Shown here: positions 12,001 to 24,000 of the stretch, piece by piece | Layout: the number at the start of each line of letters is the position of its first letter | Numbering within the stretch: the first letter of the stretch is position 1 | Assembly (NCBI GenBank): GCA_965240325.2 | Contig: OZ251236.1 | Location: 434,001 to 498,000 of the forward strand | Length of the DNA: 64,000 bases | DNA from: Rebecca billardiae RCC1528 | Taxonomy: Eukaryota; Protista; Haptophyta | Direction: 5' to 3' | Translations under genes and position numbers: made by a program | Notes under the pieces: model-generated | What the model saw: only the letters and a program-made list of their open reading frames with translations | What the model was told of the DNA's origin: nothing | The model's database searches: none

Positions 12001-15000
12001 GGCGGCGGCGGACTCGGCGGCGGGCTTGGCGGGGGCGACGGCGGCGGCGGGCTCGGCGGCGGGGACGGTGGCGGCGATGGCGGTGGCGGGCTCGGTGGTG
12101 GGCTTGGTGGCGGCGCCGGCGGCGGCGGGCTCGGCGGTGGCGACGGTGGCGGCCTCGGCGGCGGCCTCGGTGGCGGCGACGGCGGGGGCGACGGTGGCGG
12201 TGATGGTGGCGGCGGACTCGGCGGTGGGGACGGTGGCGGGCTCGGCGGTGGCGGGCTCGGTGGTGGGCTCGGCGGCGGGCTCGGCGGCGGCGGGCTCGGC
12301 GGCGGGCTCGGCGGTGGTGACGGCGGCGGCGGGCTCGGCGGCGGTGATGGTGGCGGCGACGGCGGTGGGCTGGGCGGTGGGCTGGGCGGTGGCGACGGCG
12401 GCGGCGACGGCGGCGGCGCCGGTGGCGAAGGCGGCGGGAAGGGCAGCATGCGTGGCGGTGGCGGTGGCAGTGGAGGCGGCGATGGCGGTGGGCTGGGCGG
12501 CGGCGCCGGGGGCGGAGACGGCGGCGGAGACGGCGGCGGCGGGCTGGGTGGGGGGCTTGGTGGAGGTGACGGCGGCGGCGGACTCGGCGGCGGCAATGGC
12601 GGTGGTGACGGCGGCGGCGGGCTCGGCGGCGGCGAAGGCGGCGGCAATGGCGGCGGCGGACTCGGCGGCGGGCTTGGTGGGGGCGACGGCGGCGGCGGGC
12701 TCGGTGGCGGGGATGGTGGCGGCGACGGAGGCGGCGGGCTCGGCGGTGGCGATGGTGGCGGTGTCGGCGGCAGGCTCGGCGGCGGCGACGGCGGAGGCGA
12801 CGGTGGCGGTGATGGTGGCGGCGGACTCGGCGGTGGGGACGGTGGCGGGCTCGGCGGTGGCGGGCTCGGCGGTGGGCTCGGCGGCGGCGACGGTGGCGGC
12901 GGGGAGGGCGGCGGGCTCGGCGGCGGGCTCGGCGGTGGCGGGCTCGGTGGGGGCGATGGCGGCGGGCTCGGCGGCGGCGGGCTCGGTGGCGGGTTGGGCG
13001 GCGGAGACGGCGGCGGAGACGGCGGGGGCAACGGCCCGGTCGCTGGCGGCGGCGGGCTCGGCGGTGGAGACGGCGGTGGCGTCGGCGGTGGCGGGCTTGG
13101 CGGCGGCGACGGCGGAGGGCTTGGCGGCGGGCTCGGCGGCGGCACAGGCGGTGGCAATGGCGGCGGCGAAGGTGGCGGCGGGCTTGGCGGTGGGCTCGGC
13201 GGCGGCGATGGCGGCGGCGGAGAAGGCGGCGGCGATGGCGGCGGCGATGGCGGTGGCGGGCTCGGCGGTGGGCTGGGTGGGGGGGATGGCGGTGGCGGGC
13301 TTGGCGGCGGTGACGGCGGTGGGCTGGGCGGCGGGCTCGGCGGCGGCCCGGGCGGTGGCGATGGTGGCGGCGACGGTGGCGGCGGGCTCGGCGGCGGGCT
13401 CGGCGGCGGCGACGGCGGCGGCGGAGATGGTGGCGGCGATGGCGGCGGCGATGGCGGCGGTGGGCTGGGCGGCGGCGACGGCGGTGGGATCGGCGGTGGG
13501 CTCGGCGGTGGCGGGCTAGGCGGCGGGCTCGGCGGCGGCGATGGCGGTGGCGATGGCGGCGGCGACGGAGGCGGCGGGCTTGGCGGCGGAGACGGTGGCG
13601 GGCTCGGCGGCGGCGGGCTCGGGGGCGGCGATGGTGGTGGCGAGGGCGGAGGCGGGCTCGGCGGGGGCGACGGCGGCGGGCTAGGCGGTGGGCTTGGCGG
13701 CGGCGCAGGCGGTGGTGATGGCGGCGGCGACGGAGGCGGCGGGCTTGGCGGCGGCGACGGTGGCGGGCTCGGTGGCGGTGGGCTGGGAGGCGGCGATGGT
13801 GGCGGCGAAGGCGGAGGCGGGCTCGGCGGGGGCGATGGAGGCGGGCTCGGCGGCGGCGGGCTCGGCGGCGGGCTTGGAGGTGGCCATGGCGGCGGCGGGC
13901 TCGGCGGTGGGGATGGCGGCGGGCTCGGCGGCGGGCTCGGCGGCGGCGCGGGCGGTGGCGACGGCGGCGGCGATGGCGGCGGTGCTGGCGGTGACGGTGG
14001 CGGGAACGGCTGCACGCGCGGAGGGGGAGGTGGCCGTGGAGGGGGCGATGGTGGCGGGCTGGGCGGTGGCGACGGTGGCGGACTCGGCGGCGGGCTCGGC
14101 GGCGGTGGGCTCGGGGGAGGGCTTGGCGGTGGGGACGGCGGCGGCGGGCTCGGTGGCGGGGACGGCGGCGGGCTGGGCGGCGGTGGGCTGGGCGGCGGGC
14201 TGGGCGGCGGCGAGGGCGGCGGCGAGGGCGGTGGCGAGGGTGGCGGGCTGGGCGGCGGGCTCGGCGGCGGCGGGCTTGGCGGCGGAGAAGGCGGCGGCGA
14301 AGGTGGTGGCGGGCTCGGCGGCGGAGCGGGTGGCGGTGATGGCGGCGGCGACGGCGGCGGAGCGGGCGGTGGCGATGGCGGCGGCGACGGAGGCGGCGGG
14401 CTTGGCGGCGGAGACGGCGGCGGGCTCGGCGGCGGCGGGCTCGGTGGCGGGGACGGTGGCGGGCTCGGCGGTGGCGGGCTCGGCGGTGGGCTGGGCGGCG
14501 GCGACGGTGGCGGCGGGCTTGGCGGCGGGCTCGGCGGCGGCGCAGGCGGTGGCGGGCTCGGCGGCGGGGATGGCGGCGTGCTCGGTGGCGGCGGGCTTGG
14601 TGGTGGGCTCGGCGGCGGGCTCGGCGGCGGCGCGGGCGGCGGGCTCGGCGGCGGCGAAGGAGGTGGTGATGGTGGCGGCGCCGGCGCAGACGCCGGCGGC
14701 GGCGGGCTCGGAGGCGGGCTCGGTGGCGGGCTCGGCGGCGGCGATGGCGGCGGCGATGGCGGCGGCGAAGGCGGCGGAGAAGGCGGCGGCGGGCTTGGCG
14801 GTGGCGACGGCGGCGGGCTCGGCGGCGGCGACGGTGGTGGCGCGGGCGGTGGCGACGGCGGCGGCGAAGGCGGCGGTGGCGACGGCGGAGGCGACGGCGG
14901 CGGCGATGGCGGCGGGCTGGGGGGCGGGCTCGGCGGTGGAGCGGGCGGCGGGCTCGGCGGCGGGCTCGGCGGCGGGCTCGGCGGCGGGACAGGGGGTGGC

Positions 15001-18000
15001 GGGCTCGGCGGCGGGCTCGGCGGCGGGCTCGGCGGCGGTGACGGCGGCGGCGAGGGCGGCGGCGAGGGCGGCGGTGACGGCGGCGACGAGGGCGGCGGCG
15101 ACGGCGGTGGGCTTGGGGGCGGGCTCGGCGGCGGTGACGGCGGCGGCGACGGCGGAGGCGATGGCGGCGGTGACGGCGGCGACGAGGGCGGCGGCGATGG
15201 CGGTGGGCTTGGGGGCGGGCTCGGCGGAGGCGACGGCGGCGGTGATGGCGGCGGACTCGGCGGCGGCGAAGGCGGCGGCGACGGAGGCGGCGACGGCGGA
15301 GGGCTCGGTGGTGGCGACGGCGGTGGCGACGGCGGCGACGGTGGAGGGAAGGGGAGCGTGCGGGGCGGCGGCGGCGGCGCGGGCGGCGGGGATGGCGGCG
15401 GGGAAGGTGGTGGCGACGGCGGCGGGGACGGCGGGCTTGGCGGCGGCGACGGTGGCGGAGAAGGCGGCGGTGGCGAGGGCGGCGGGCTCGGCGGGGGCAG
15501 AGGGGGCGGCGGGCTGGGCGGCGGGTTGGGCGGCGGCGAGGGTGGCGGGCCCGGCGGCGGGCTCGGCGGCGGCGAGGGCGGCGGCGAGGGCGGCGGGCTC
15601 GGCGGCGGGCCCGGCGGCGGGCTGGGCGGCGGCGAGGGCGGCGGCGATGGCGGCGGAGACGGCGGCGGCACCGGCGGCGGCGGGCTGGGCGGCGGGCTCG
15701 GCGGCGGGCTCGGCGGCGGGCTCGGCGGTGGGCTGGGCGGTGGGCTCGGCGGCGGGCTCGGCGGCGGGCTCGGCGGCGGGCTCGGCGGGCTCGGCGGCGG
15801 CGAGTAGTACTCGCACAGCCCGTCTGGGAAGTTGGCCGTCGACCAGAAGTTTTTCGCCGTCGAGTCCTGGCAGCCCGGGTAGCGGCACGAGCCGTCGTCG
15901 TCGGTGACGCTCGAGTCGTAGTTGGAGGCGAGCGTGTCCGCGCAGCCGAGCGTCGGCTCGACGCAGCTGCCGTCGTCCGTGTTGGCGGTGGAGTCGAAGT
16001 TGGTCGCCGTCGCGTTGGTGCAGCCAAAGTGTACGCAGCCGCCGTCGTCGGCGGTCGCGGCGGACACGTAGTTGGACGCAGCCGAGTCGGTGCAGCCAAG
16101 CTCCTCTTGCTGGCAGCTGCCGTCGTCGTCGGTCGCGCTCGAATCGTAGTTGGCCGCGCTCGACGACGTGCAGCCGCGCAGCACGCACGTGCCGTCGTCC
16201 ACCGTGGCGGAGGAGAGGTAGTTCTCGGCGAGGCTGTTCGCGCAGCCGTCCACGTCCGTGTACTCGCACGTCACGTCCAGCACGTCCGCGGTCGAGTCGA
16301 AGTTGCTTGCCGTCGAGTCGGTGCAGCCGGCGTACTCGCACGTGCCGTCGTCCGTGTCGGCGCCGGAGTCGTAGTTCTCAGCGGTCGAGTCGGTGCAGCC
16401 CTGCACGCTGAAGACGCACGAGCCGTCGTCCGAGTCAGCGGCCGAGTCGTAGTTGGCCGCGCTAGGCACGGTGCAGCCCGCGGCAAGCCGGCGGCCGTGT
16501 CGCGCGCTGAGCAGCCGCCTGCGCCCGGGCTTGGCGATGCAGCCGCCGTCGTCCAGCGTCGCGGCCTCGCGGTAGTTGTACGCGCTCGAGTCGGTGCAGC
16601 CGAGCACGGGCATGAGGCACGAGAACCACGTCTGGTGCGTCGCGACTGAGTCGTAGTTGAGCGCGTCCGTGAGCAGGCAGCCGCCCACCGGCACGATGCA
16701 GCCGCCGTCGTCCGCCGTCGCGGCCGAGCGGTAGTTGAGCGCGGTCGAGTCGGTGCAGCCGCGCACGGGGTACACGCAGCTGCCGTCGTCCACGTTGGCG
16801 CTCGAGTCGTAGTTGGTGGCGCGCGTCGCCATGCAGCCGCTGACGGCTGCGATGCAGCTGCCGTCGTCCACGTTCGCCGCTGCGCGGAAGTTGAGCGCCG
16901 TCGAGTCGGTGCAGCCGAGCACTGGGAAGACACAGGCCGACTGGCGCGTGGCCGTCGAGTTGTAGTTGAGCGCCCCCGTCGCCATGCACCCGAAGACGGG
17001 GAAGGTGCACTTGCCGTTGTCCACGTCCGCGCGCGAGTTGTAGTTGGACGCGCGCGGGGCGGTGCAGCCGCGCACGGCGTACACGCACGTGCCGGGCGCC
17101 GGGTCAAGCACGGTCGCCAGCGAGTCGTAGCTGAGCGAGACCGGGTCTGTGCAGCCAAAGTTGGGCGGCGGCGGGCTCGGGGGCGGCGCAGGTGGCGGCG
17201 GGGATGGCGGCGGCGAGGGCGGGGGCGGGCTCGGCGGCGGAGAGGGCGGCGGCGGAGAAGGGGGTGGGAGCGGGGGCGGCGGGCTGGGCGGCGGCGATGG
17301 GGGCGGCAACGGCGGCGGCCGCGACGGCGGAGGGGGGCTCGGCGGCGGAGAGGGCGGTGGCGGAGAGGGCGGTGGCGAGGGCGGCGGAGAGGGCGGCGGA
17401 TTCGGCGGTGGCGTTGGCGCCATGGGCGGCGGCGACGGCGGTGGCGACGGTGGAGGCAGTGGCAGAGGCGATGGCGGCGGTGATGGCAACGGCGGCGGTG
17501 GCGAAGGCGGCGGCGACGGCGGCGGCGACGGCGGCGGCGCGGGCGGCGGGCTTGGTGGCGAGCTCGGCGGCGGCCGGCTTGGCGGTGGGCTCGGCGGCCG
17601 CAAGGGTGGGGGCGAGGGTGGCGGCGAGGGCGGAGGTGACGGCGGTGGGGATGGCGGAGGCGACGGCGATGGGGGGCTCGGCGGTGGCGACGGTGGAGGC
17701 GGCGGAGGGGGGCTCGGTGGTGGCGGACTCGGCGGTGGAGTTGGCGGCGGTGATGGCGGTGGCGGTGGCGGCGGGCTCGGCGGTGGCGGAGAGGGAGGCG
17801 GGCTCGGCGGCGGGCTCGGCGGGGGCTGCTGCGTAGTCGGCGGAGGCGACGGCGGTGGCGAGGGTGGCGGGATCGGCGGCGGGATCGGCGGCGGAGGCGA
17901 CGGCGGCGGCGATGGCGGAGGCGACGGTGGTGGAGATGGCGGGGGGTTCGGCGGCGGAGACGGCGGTGGGCTTGGGGGTGGTGGGCTCGGCGGCGGGCTC

Positions 18001-21000
18001 GGCGGCGGGCTCGGCGGCGGGCTCGGCGGCGGCGAGGGCGGCGGCGACGGCGGCGGACTCGGCGGCGGGCTCGGCGGTGGCGAGGGCGGCGCACTCGGCG
18101 GCGGGCTGGGGGGCGGGCTCGGGGGCGGCGAGGGCGGCGGACTAGGCGGAGGACTGGGCGGCGGCGGGCTGGGCGGCGGGCTGGGTGGTGGGCTCGGCGG
18201 CGGCGATGGCGGCGGCGATGGCGGAGGTGACGGCGGAGGCGACGGCGGTGATGGCGGAGGCGACGGCGATGGTGGCGGAGGTGACGGCGATGGTGGCGGT
18301 GGCGACGCCAGAGGCGAAGGCGGCGGGCTCGGCGGGGGCTGCGGCGCAGTCGGCGGAGGCGACGGCGGTGGCGAGGGTGGCGGGCTCGGCGGCGGGATCG
18401 GCGGCGGAGGCGACGGCGGCGGCGATGGCGGAGGCGTTGGCGGGGGCGAAGGCGGGGGACTCGGCGGCGGTGACGGCGGTGGGCTTGGGGGTGGCGGGCT
18501 CGGCGGCGGGCTCGGCGGCGGGCTCGGCGGCGGGCTGGGCGGCGGCGAGGGCGGTGGCGACGGCGGAGGACTCGGCGGCGGGCTGGGCGGCGGCGAGGGC
18601 GGCGCACTCGGCGGCGGGCTGGGGGGCGGGCTCGGCGGCGGCGAGGGCGGCGGACTAGGCGGCAAACTGGGCGGCGGCGGGCTGGGCGGCGGGCTGGGTG
18701 GTGGGCTCGGCGGCGGCGATGGCGGCGGCGATGGCGGAGGTGACGGCGGAGGTGACGGCGGAGGCGACGGCGGTGATGGCGGAGGCGACGGCGATGGTGG
18801 CGGAGGTGACGGCGATGGTGGCGGTGGCGACGCCAGAGGCGAAGGCGGCGGGCTCGGCGGGGGCTGCGGCGCAGTCGGCGGAGGCGACGGCGGTGGCGAC
18901 GGTGGCGGGCTCGGCGGCGGGATCGGCGGCGGAGGCGACGGCGGCGGCGATGGCGGAGGCGTTGGCGGGGGCGAAGGCGGGGGACTCGGCGGCGGTGACG
19001 GCGGTGGGCTTGGGGGTGGTGGGCTCGGCGGCGGGCTCGGCGGCGGGCTCGGCGGCGGGCTGGGCGGCGGCGAGGGCGGTGGCGACGGCGGCCGACTCGG
19101 CGGCGGGCTCGGCGGTGGCGTGGGCGGCGCACTCGGCGGCGGGCTGGGGGGCGGGCTCGGCGGCGGCGAGGGCGGCGGACTAGGCGGCGGACTAGGCGGC
19201 GGCGGGCTGGGCGGCGGGCTGGGTGGTGGGCTCGGTGGCGGCCATGGCGGCGGCGATGGCGGAGGTGACGGCGGAGGCGACGGCGGTGATGGCGGAGGCG
19301 ACGGCGATGGTGGCGGAGGTGACGGCGATGGTGGCGGTGGCGACGCCAGAGGCGAAGGCGGCGGGCTCGGCGGGGGCTGCGGCGCAGTCGGCGGAGGCGA
19401 CGGCGGTGGCGAGGGTGGCGGGCTCGGCGGCGGGATCGGCGGCGGAGGCGACGGCGGCGGCGATGGCGGAGGCGTTGGCGGGGGCGAAGGCGGGGGACTC
19501 GGCGGCGGTGACGGCGGTGGGCTTGGGGGTGGCGGGCTCGGCGGCGGGCTCGGCGGCGGGCTCGGCGGCGGGCTGGGCGGCGGCGAGGGCGGTGGCGACG
19601 GCGGAGGACTCGGCGGCGGGCTCGGCGGTGGCGAGGGCGGCGCACTCGGCGGCGGGCTGGGGGGCGGGCTCGGCGGCGGCGAGGGCGGCGGACTAGGCGG
19701 CGGACTGGGCGGCGGCGGGCTGGGCGGCGGGCTGGGTGGTGGGCTCGGTGGCGGCGATGGCGGCGGCGATGGCGGAGGTGACGGCGGAGGCGACGGCGGT
19801 GATGGCGGAGGCGACGGCGATGGTGGCGGAGGTGACGGCGATGGTGGCGGTGGCGACGCCAGAGGCGAAGGCGGCGGGCTCGGCGGGGGCTGCGGCGCAG
19901 TCGGCGGAGGCGACGGCGGTGGCGACGGTGGCGGGCTCGGCGGCGGGATCGGCGGCGGAGGCGACGGCGGCGGCGATGGCGGAGGCGACGGTGGTGGAGA
20001 TGGCGGGGGACTCGGCGGCGGTGACGGCGGTGGGCTTGGGGGTGGTGGGCTCGGCGGCGGGCTCGGCGGCGGGCTCGGCGGCGGGCTGGGCGGCGGCGAG
20101 GGCGGTGGCGACGGCGGCCGACTCGGCGGCGGGCTCGGCGGTGGCGTGGGCGGCGCACTCGGCGGCGGGCTGGGGGGCGGGCTCGGCGGCGGCGAGGGCG
20201 GCGGACTAGGCGGCGGACTAGGCGGCGGCGGGCTGGGCGGCGGGCTGGGTGGTGGGCTCGGTGGCGGCGATGGCGGCGGCGATGGCGGAGGTGACGGCGG
20301 AGGCGACGGCGGTGATGGCGGAGGCGACGGCGATGGTGGCGGAGGTGACGGCGATGGTGGCGGTGGCGACGCCAGAGGCGAAGGCGGCGGGCTCGGCGGG
20401 GGCTGCGGCGCAGTCGGCGGAGGCGACGGCGGTGGCGAGGGTGGCGGGCTCGGCGGCGGGATCGGCGGCGGAGGCGACGGCGGCGGCGATGGCGGAGGCG
20501 TTGGCGGGGGCGAAGGCGGGGGACTCGGCGGCGGTGACGGCGGTGGGCTTGGGGGTGGCGGGCTCGGCGGCGGGCTCGGCGGCGGGCTCGGCGGCGGGCT
20601 GGGCGGCGGCGAGGGCGGTGGCGACGGCGGAGGACTCGGCGGCGGGCTCGGCGGTGGCGAGGGCGGCGCACTCGGCGGCGGGCTGGGGGGCGGGCTCGGC
20701 GGCGGCGAGGGCGGCGGACTAGGCGGCGGACTGGGCGGCGGCGGGCTGGGCGGCGGGCTGGGTGGTGGGCTCGGTGGCGGCGATGGCGGCGGCGATGGCG
20801 GAGGTGACGGCGGAGGCGACGGCGGTGATGGCGGAGGCGACGGCGATGGTGGCGGAGGTGACGGCGATGGTGGCGGTGGCGACGCCAGAGGCGAAGGCGG
20901 CGGGCTCGGCGGGGGCTGCGGCGCAGTCGGCGGAGGCGACGGCGGTGGCGAGGGTGGCGGGCTCGGCGGCGGGATCGGCGGCGGAGGCGACGGCGGCGGC

Positions 21001-24000
21001 GATGGCGGAGGCGTTGGCGGGGGCGAAGGCGGGGGACTCGGCGGCGGTGACGGCGGTGGGCTTGGGGGTGGCGGGCTCGGCGGCGGGCTCGGCGGCGGGC
21101 TCGGCGGCGGGCTGGGCGGCGGCGAGGGCGGTGGCGACGGCGGAGGACTCGGCGGCGGGCTCGGCGGTGGCGAGGGCGGCGCACTCGGCGGCGGGCTGGG
21201 GGGCGGGCTCGGCGGCGGCGAGGGCGGCGGACTAGGCGGCGGACTGGGCGGCGGCGGGCTGGGCGGCGGGCTGGGTGGTGGGCTCGGTGGCGGCGATGGC
21301 GGCGGCGATGGCGGAGGTGACGGCGGAGGCGACGGCGGTGATGGCGGAGGCGACGGCGATGGTGGCGGAGGTGACGGCGATGGTGGCGGTGGCGACGCCA
21401 GAGGCGAAGGCGGCGGGCTCGGCGGGGGCTGCGGCGCAGTCGGCGGAGGCGACGGCGGTGGCGACGGTGGCGGGCTCGGCGGCGGGATCGGCGGCGGAGG
21501 CGACGGCGGCGGCGATGGCGGAGGCGACGGTGGTGGAGATGGCGGGGGGTTCGGCGGCGGTGACGGCGGTGGGCTTGGGGGTGGTGGGCTCGGCGGCGGG
21601 CTCGGCGGCGGGCTCGGCGGCGGGCTGGGCGGCGGCGAGGGCGGCGGCGACGGCGGCGGACTCGGCGGCGGGCTCGGCGGTGGCGAGGGCGGCGCACTCG
21701 GCGGCGGGCTGGGGGGCGGGCTCGGCGGCGGCGAGGGCGGCGGACTAGGCGGCGGACTGGGCGGCGGCGGGCTGGGCGGCGGGCTGGGTGGTGGGCTCGG
21801 TGGCGGCGATGGCGGCGGCGATGGCGGAGGTGACGGCGGAGGCGACGGCGGTGATGGCGGAGGCGACGGCGATGGTGGCGGAGGTGACGGCGATGGTGGC
21901 GGTGGCGACGCCAGAGGCGAAGGCGGCGGGCTCGGCGGGGGCTGCGGCGCAGTCGGCGGAGGCGACGGCGGTGGCGACGGTGGCGGGCTCGGCGGCGGGA
22001 TCGGCGGCGGAGGCGACGGCGGCGGCGATGGCGGAGGCGACGGTGGTGGAGATGGCGGGGGGTTCGGCGGCGGTGACGGCGGTGGGCTTGGGGGTGGTGG
22101 GCTTGGCGGCGGGCTCGGCGGCGGGCTCGGCGGCGGGCTGGGCGGCGGCGAGGGCGGCGGCGACGGCGGCGGACTCGGCGGCGGGCTCGGCGGTGGCGAG
22201 GGCGGCCGACTTGGCGGCGGGCTGGGGGGCGGGCTCGGCGGCGGCGAGGGCGGCGGACTAGGCGGCAAACTGGGCGGCGGCGGGCTGGGCGGCGGGCTGG
22301 GTGGTGGGCTCGGTGGCGGCGATGGCGGCGGCGATGGCGGAGGTGACGGCGGAGGCGACGGCGGTGATGGCGGAGGCGACGGCGATGGTGGCGGAGGTGA
22401 CGGCGATGGTGGCGGTGGCGACGCCAGAGGCGAAGGCGGCGGGCTCGGCGGGGGCTGCGGCGCAGTCGGCGGAGGCGACGGCGGTGGCAAGGGTGGCGGG
22501 CTTGGCGGCGGGATCGGCGGCGGAGGCGACGGCGGCGGCGATGGCGGAGGCGTTGGCGGAGGCGAAGGCGGGGGACTCGGCGGCGGTGACGGCGGTGGGC
22601 TTGGGGGTGGCAGGCTCGGCGGCGGGCTCGGCGGCGGGCTCGGCGGCGGGCTGGGCGGCGGCGAGGGCGGTGGCGACGGCGGAGGACTCGGCGGCGGGCT
22701 GGGCGGCGGCGAGGGCGGCGCACTCGGCGGCGGGCTGGGGGGCGGGCTCGGGGGCGGCGAGGGCGGCGGACTAGGCGGCAAACTGGGCGGCGGCGGGCTG
22801 GGCGGCGGGCTGGGTGGTGGGCTCGGCGGCGGCGATGGCGGCGGCGATGGCGGAGGTGACGGCGGAGGCGACGGCGGTGATGGCGGAGGCGACGGCGATG
22901 GTGGCGGAGGTGACGGCGATGGTGGCGGAGGCGACGCCAGAGGCGAAGGCGGCGGGCTCGGCGGGGGCTGCGGCGCAGTCGGCGGAGGCGACGGCGGTGG
23001 CGACGGTGGCGGGCTCGGCGGCGGGATCGGCGGCGGAGGCGACGGCGGCGGCGATGGCGGAGGCGACGGTGGTGGAGATGGCGGGGGGTCCGGCGGCGGT
23101 GACGGCGGTGGGCTTGGGGGTGGTGGGCTCGGCGGCGGGCTCGGCGGCGGGCTCAGCGGCGGGCTGGGCGGCGGCGAGGGCGGCGGCGACGGCGGCGGAC
23201 TCGGCGGCGGGCTCGGTGGCGGCGAGGGCGGCCGACTTGGCGGCGGGCTGGGGGGCGGGCTCGGCGGCGGCGAGGGCGGCGGACTAGGCGGCAAACTGGG
23301 CGGCGGCGGGCTGGGCGGCGGGCTGGGTGGTGGGCTCGGTGGCGGCGATGGCGGCGGCGATGGCGGAGGTGACGGCGGAGGCGACGGCGGTGATGGCGGA
23401 GGCGACGGCGATGGTGGCGGAGGTGACGGCGATGGTGGCGGTGGCGACGCCAGAGGCGAAGGCGGCGGGCTCGGCGGGGGCTGCGGCGCAGTCGGCGGAG
23501 GCGACGGCGGTGGCGACGGTGGCGGGCTCGGCGGCGGGATCGGCGGCGGAGGCGACGGCGGCGGCGATGGCGGAGGCGACGGTGGTGGAGATGGCGGGGG
23601 ACTCGGCGGCGGTGACGGCGGTGGGCTTGGGGGTGGTGGGCTCGGCGGCGGGCTCGGCGGCGGGCTCGGCGGCGGGCTGGGCGGCGGCGAGGGCGGCGGC
23701 GACGGCGGCCGACTCGGCGGCGGGCTCGGCGGTGGCGAGGGCGGCGCACTCGGCGGCGGGCTGGGGGGCGGGCTCGGCGGCGGCGAGGGCGGCGGACTAG
23801 GCGGCAAACTGGGCGGCGGCGGGCTGGGCGGCGGGCTGGGTGGTGGGCTCGGTGGCGGCGATGGCGGCGGCGATGGCGGAGGTGACGGCGGAGGCGACGG
23901 CGGTGATGGCGGAGGCGACGGCGATGGTGGCGGAGGTGACGGCGATGGTGGCGGTGGCGACGCCAGAGGCGAAGGCGGCGGGCTCGGCGGGGGCTGCGGC

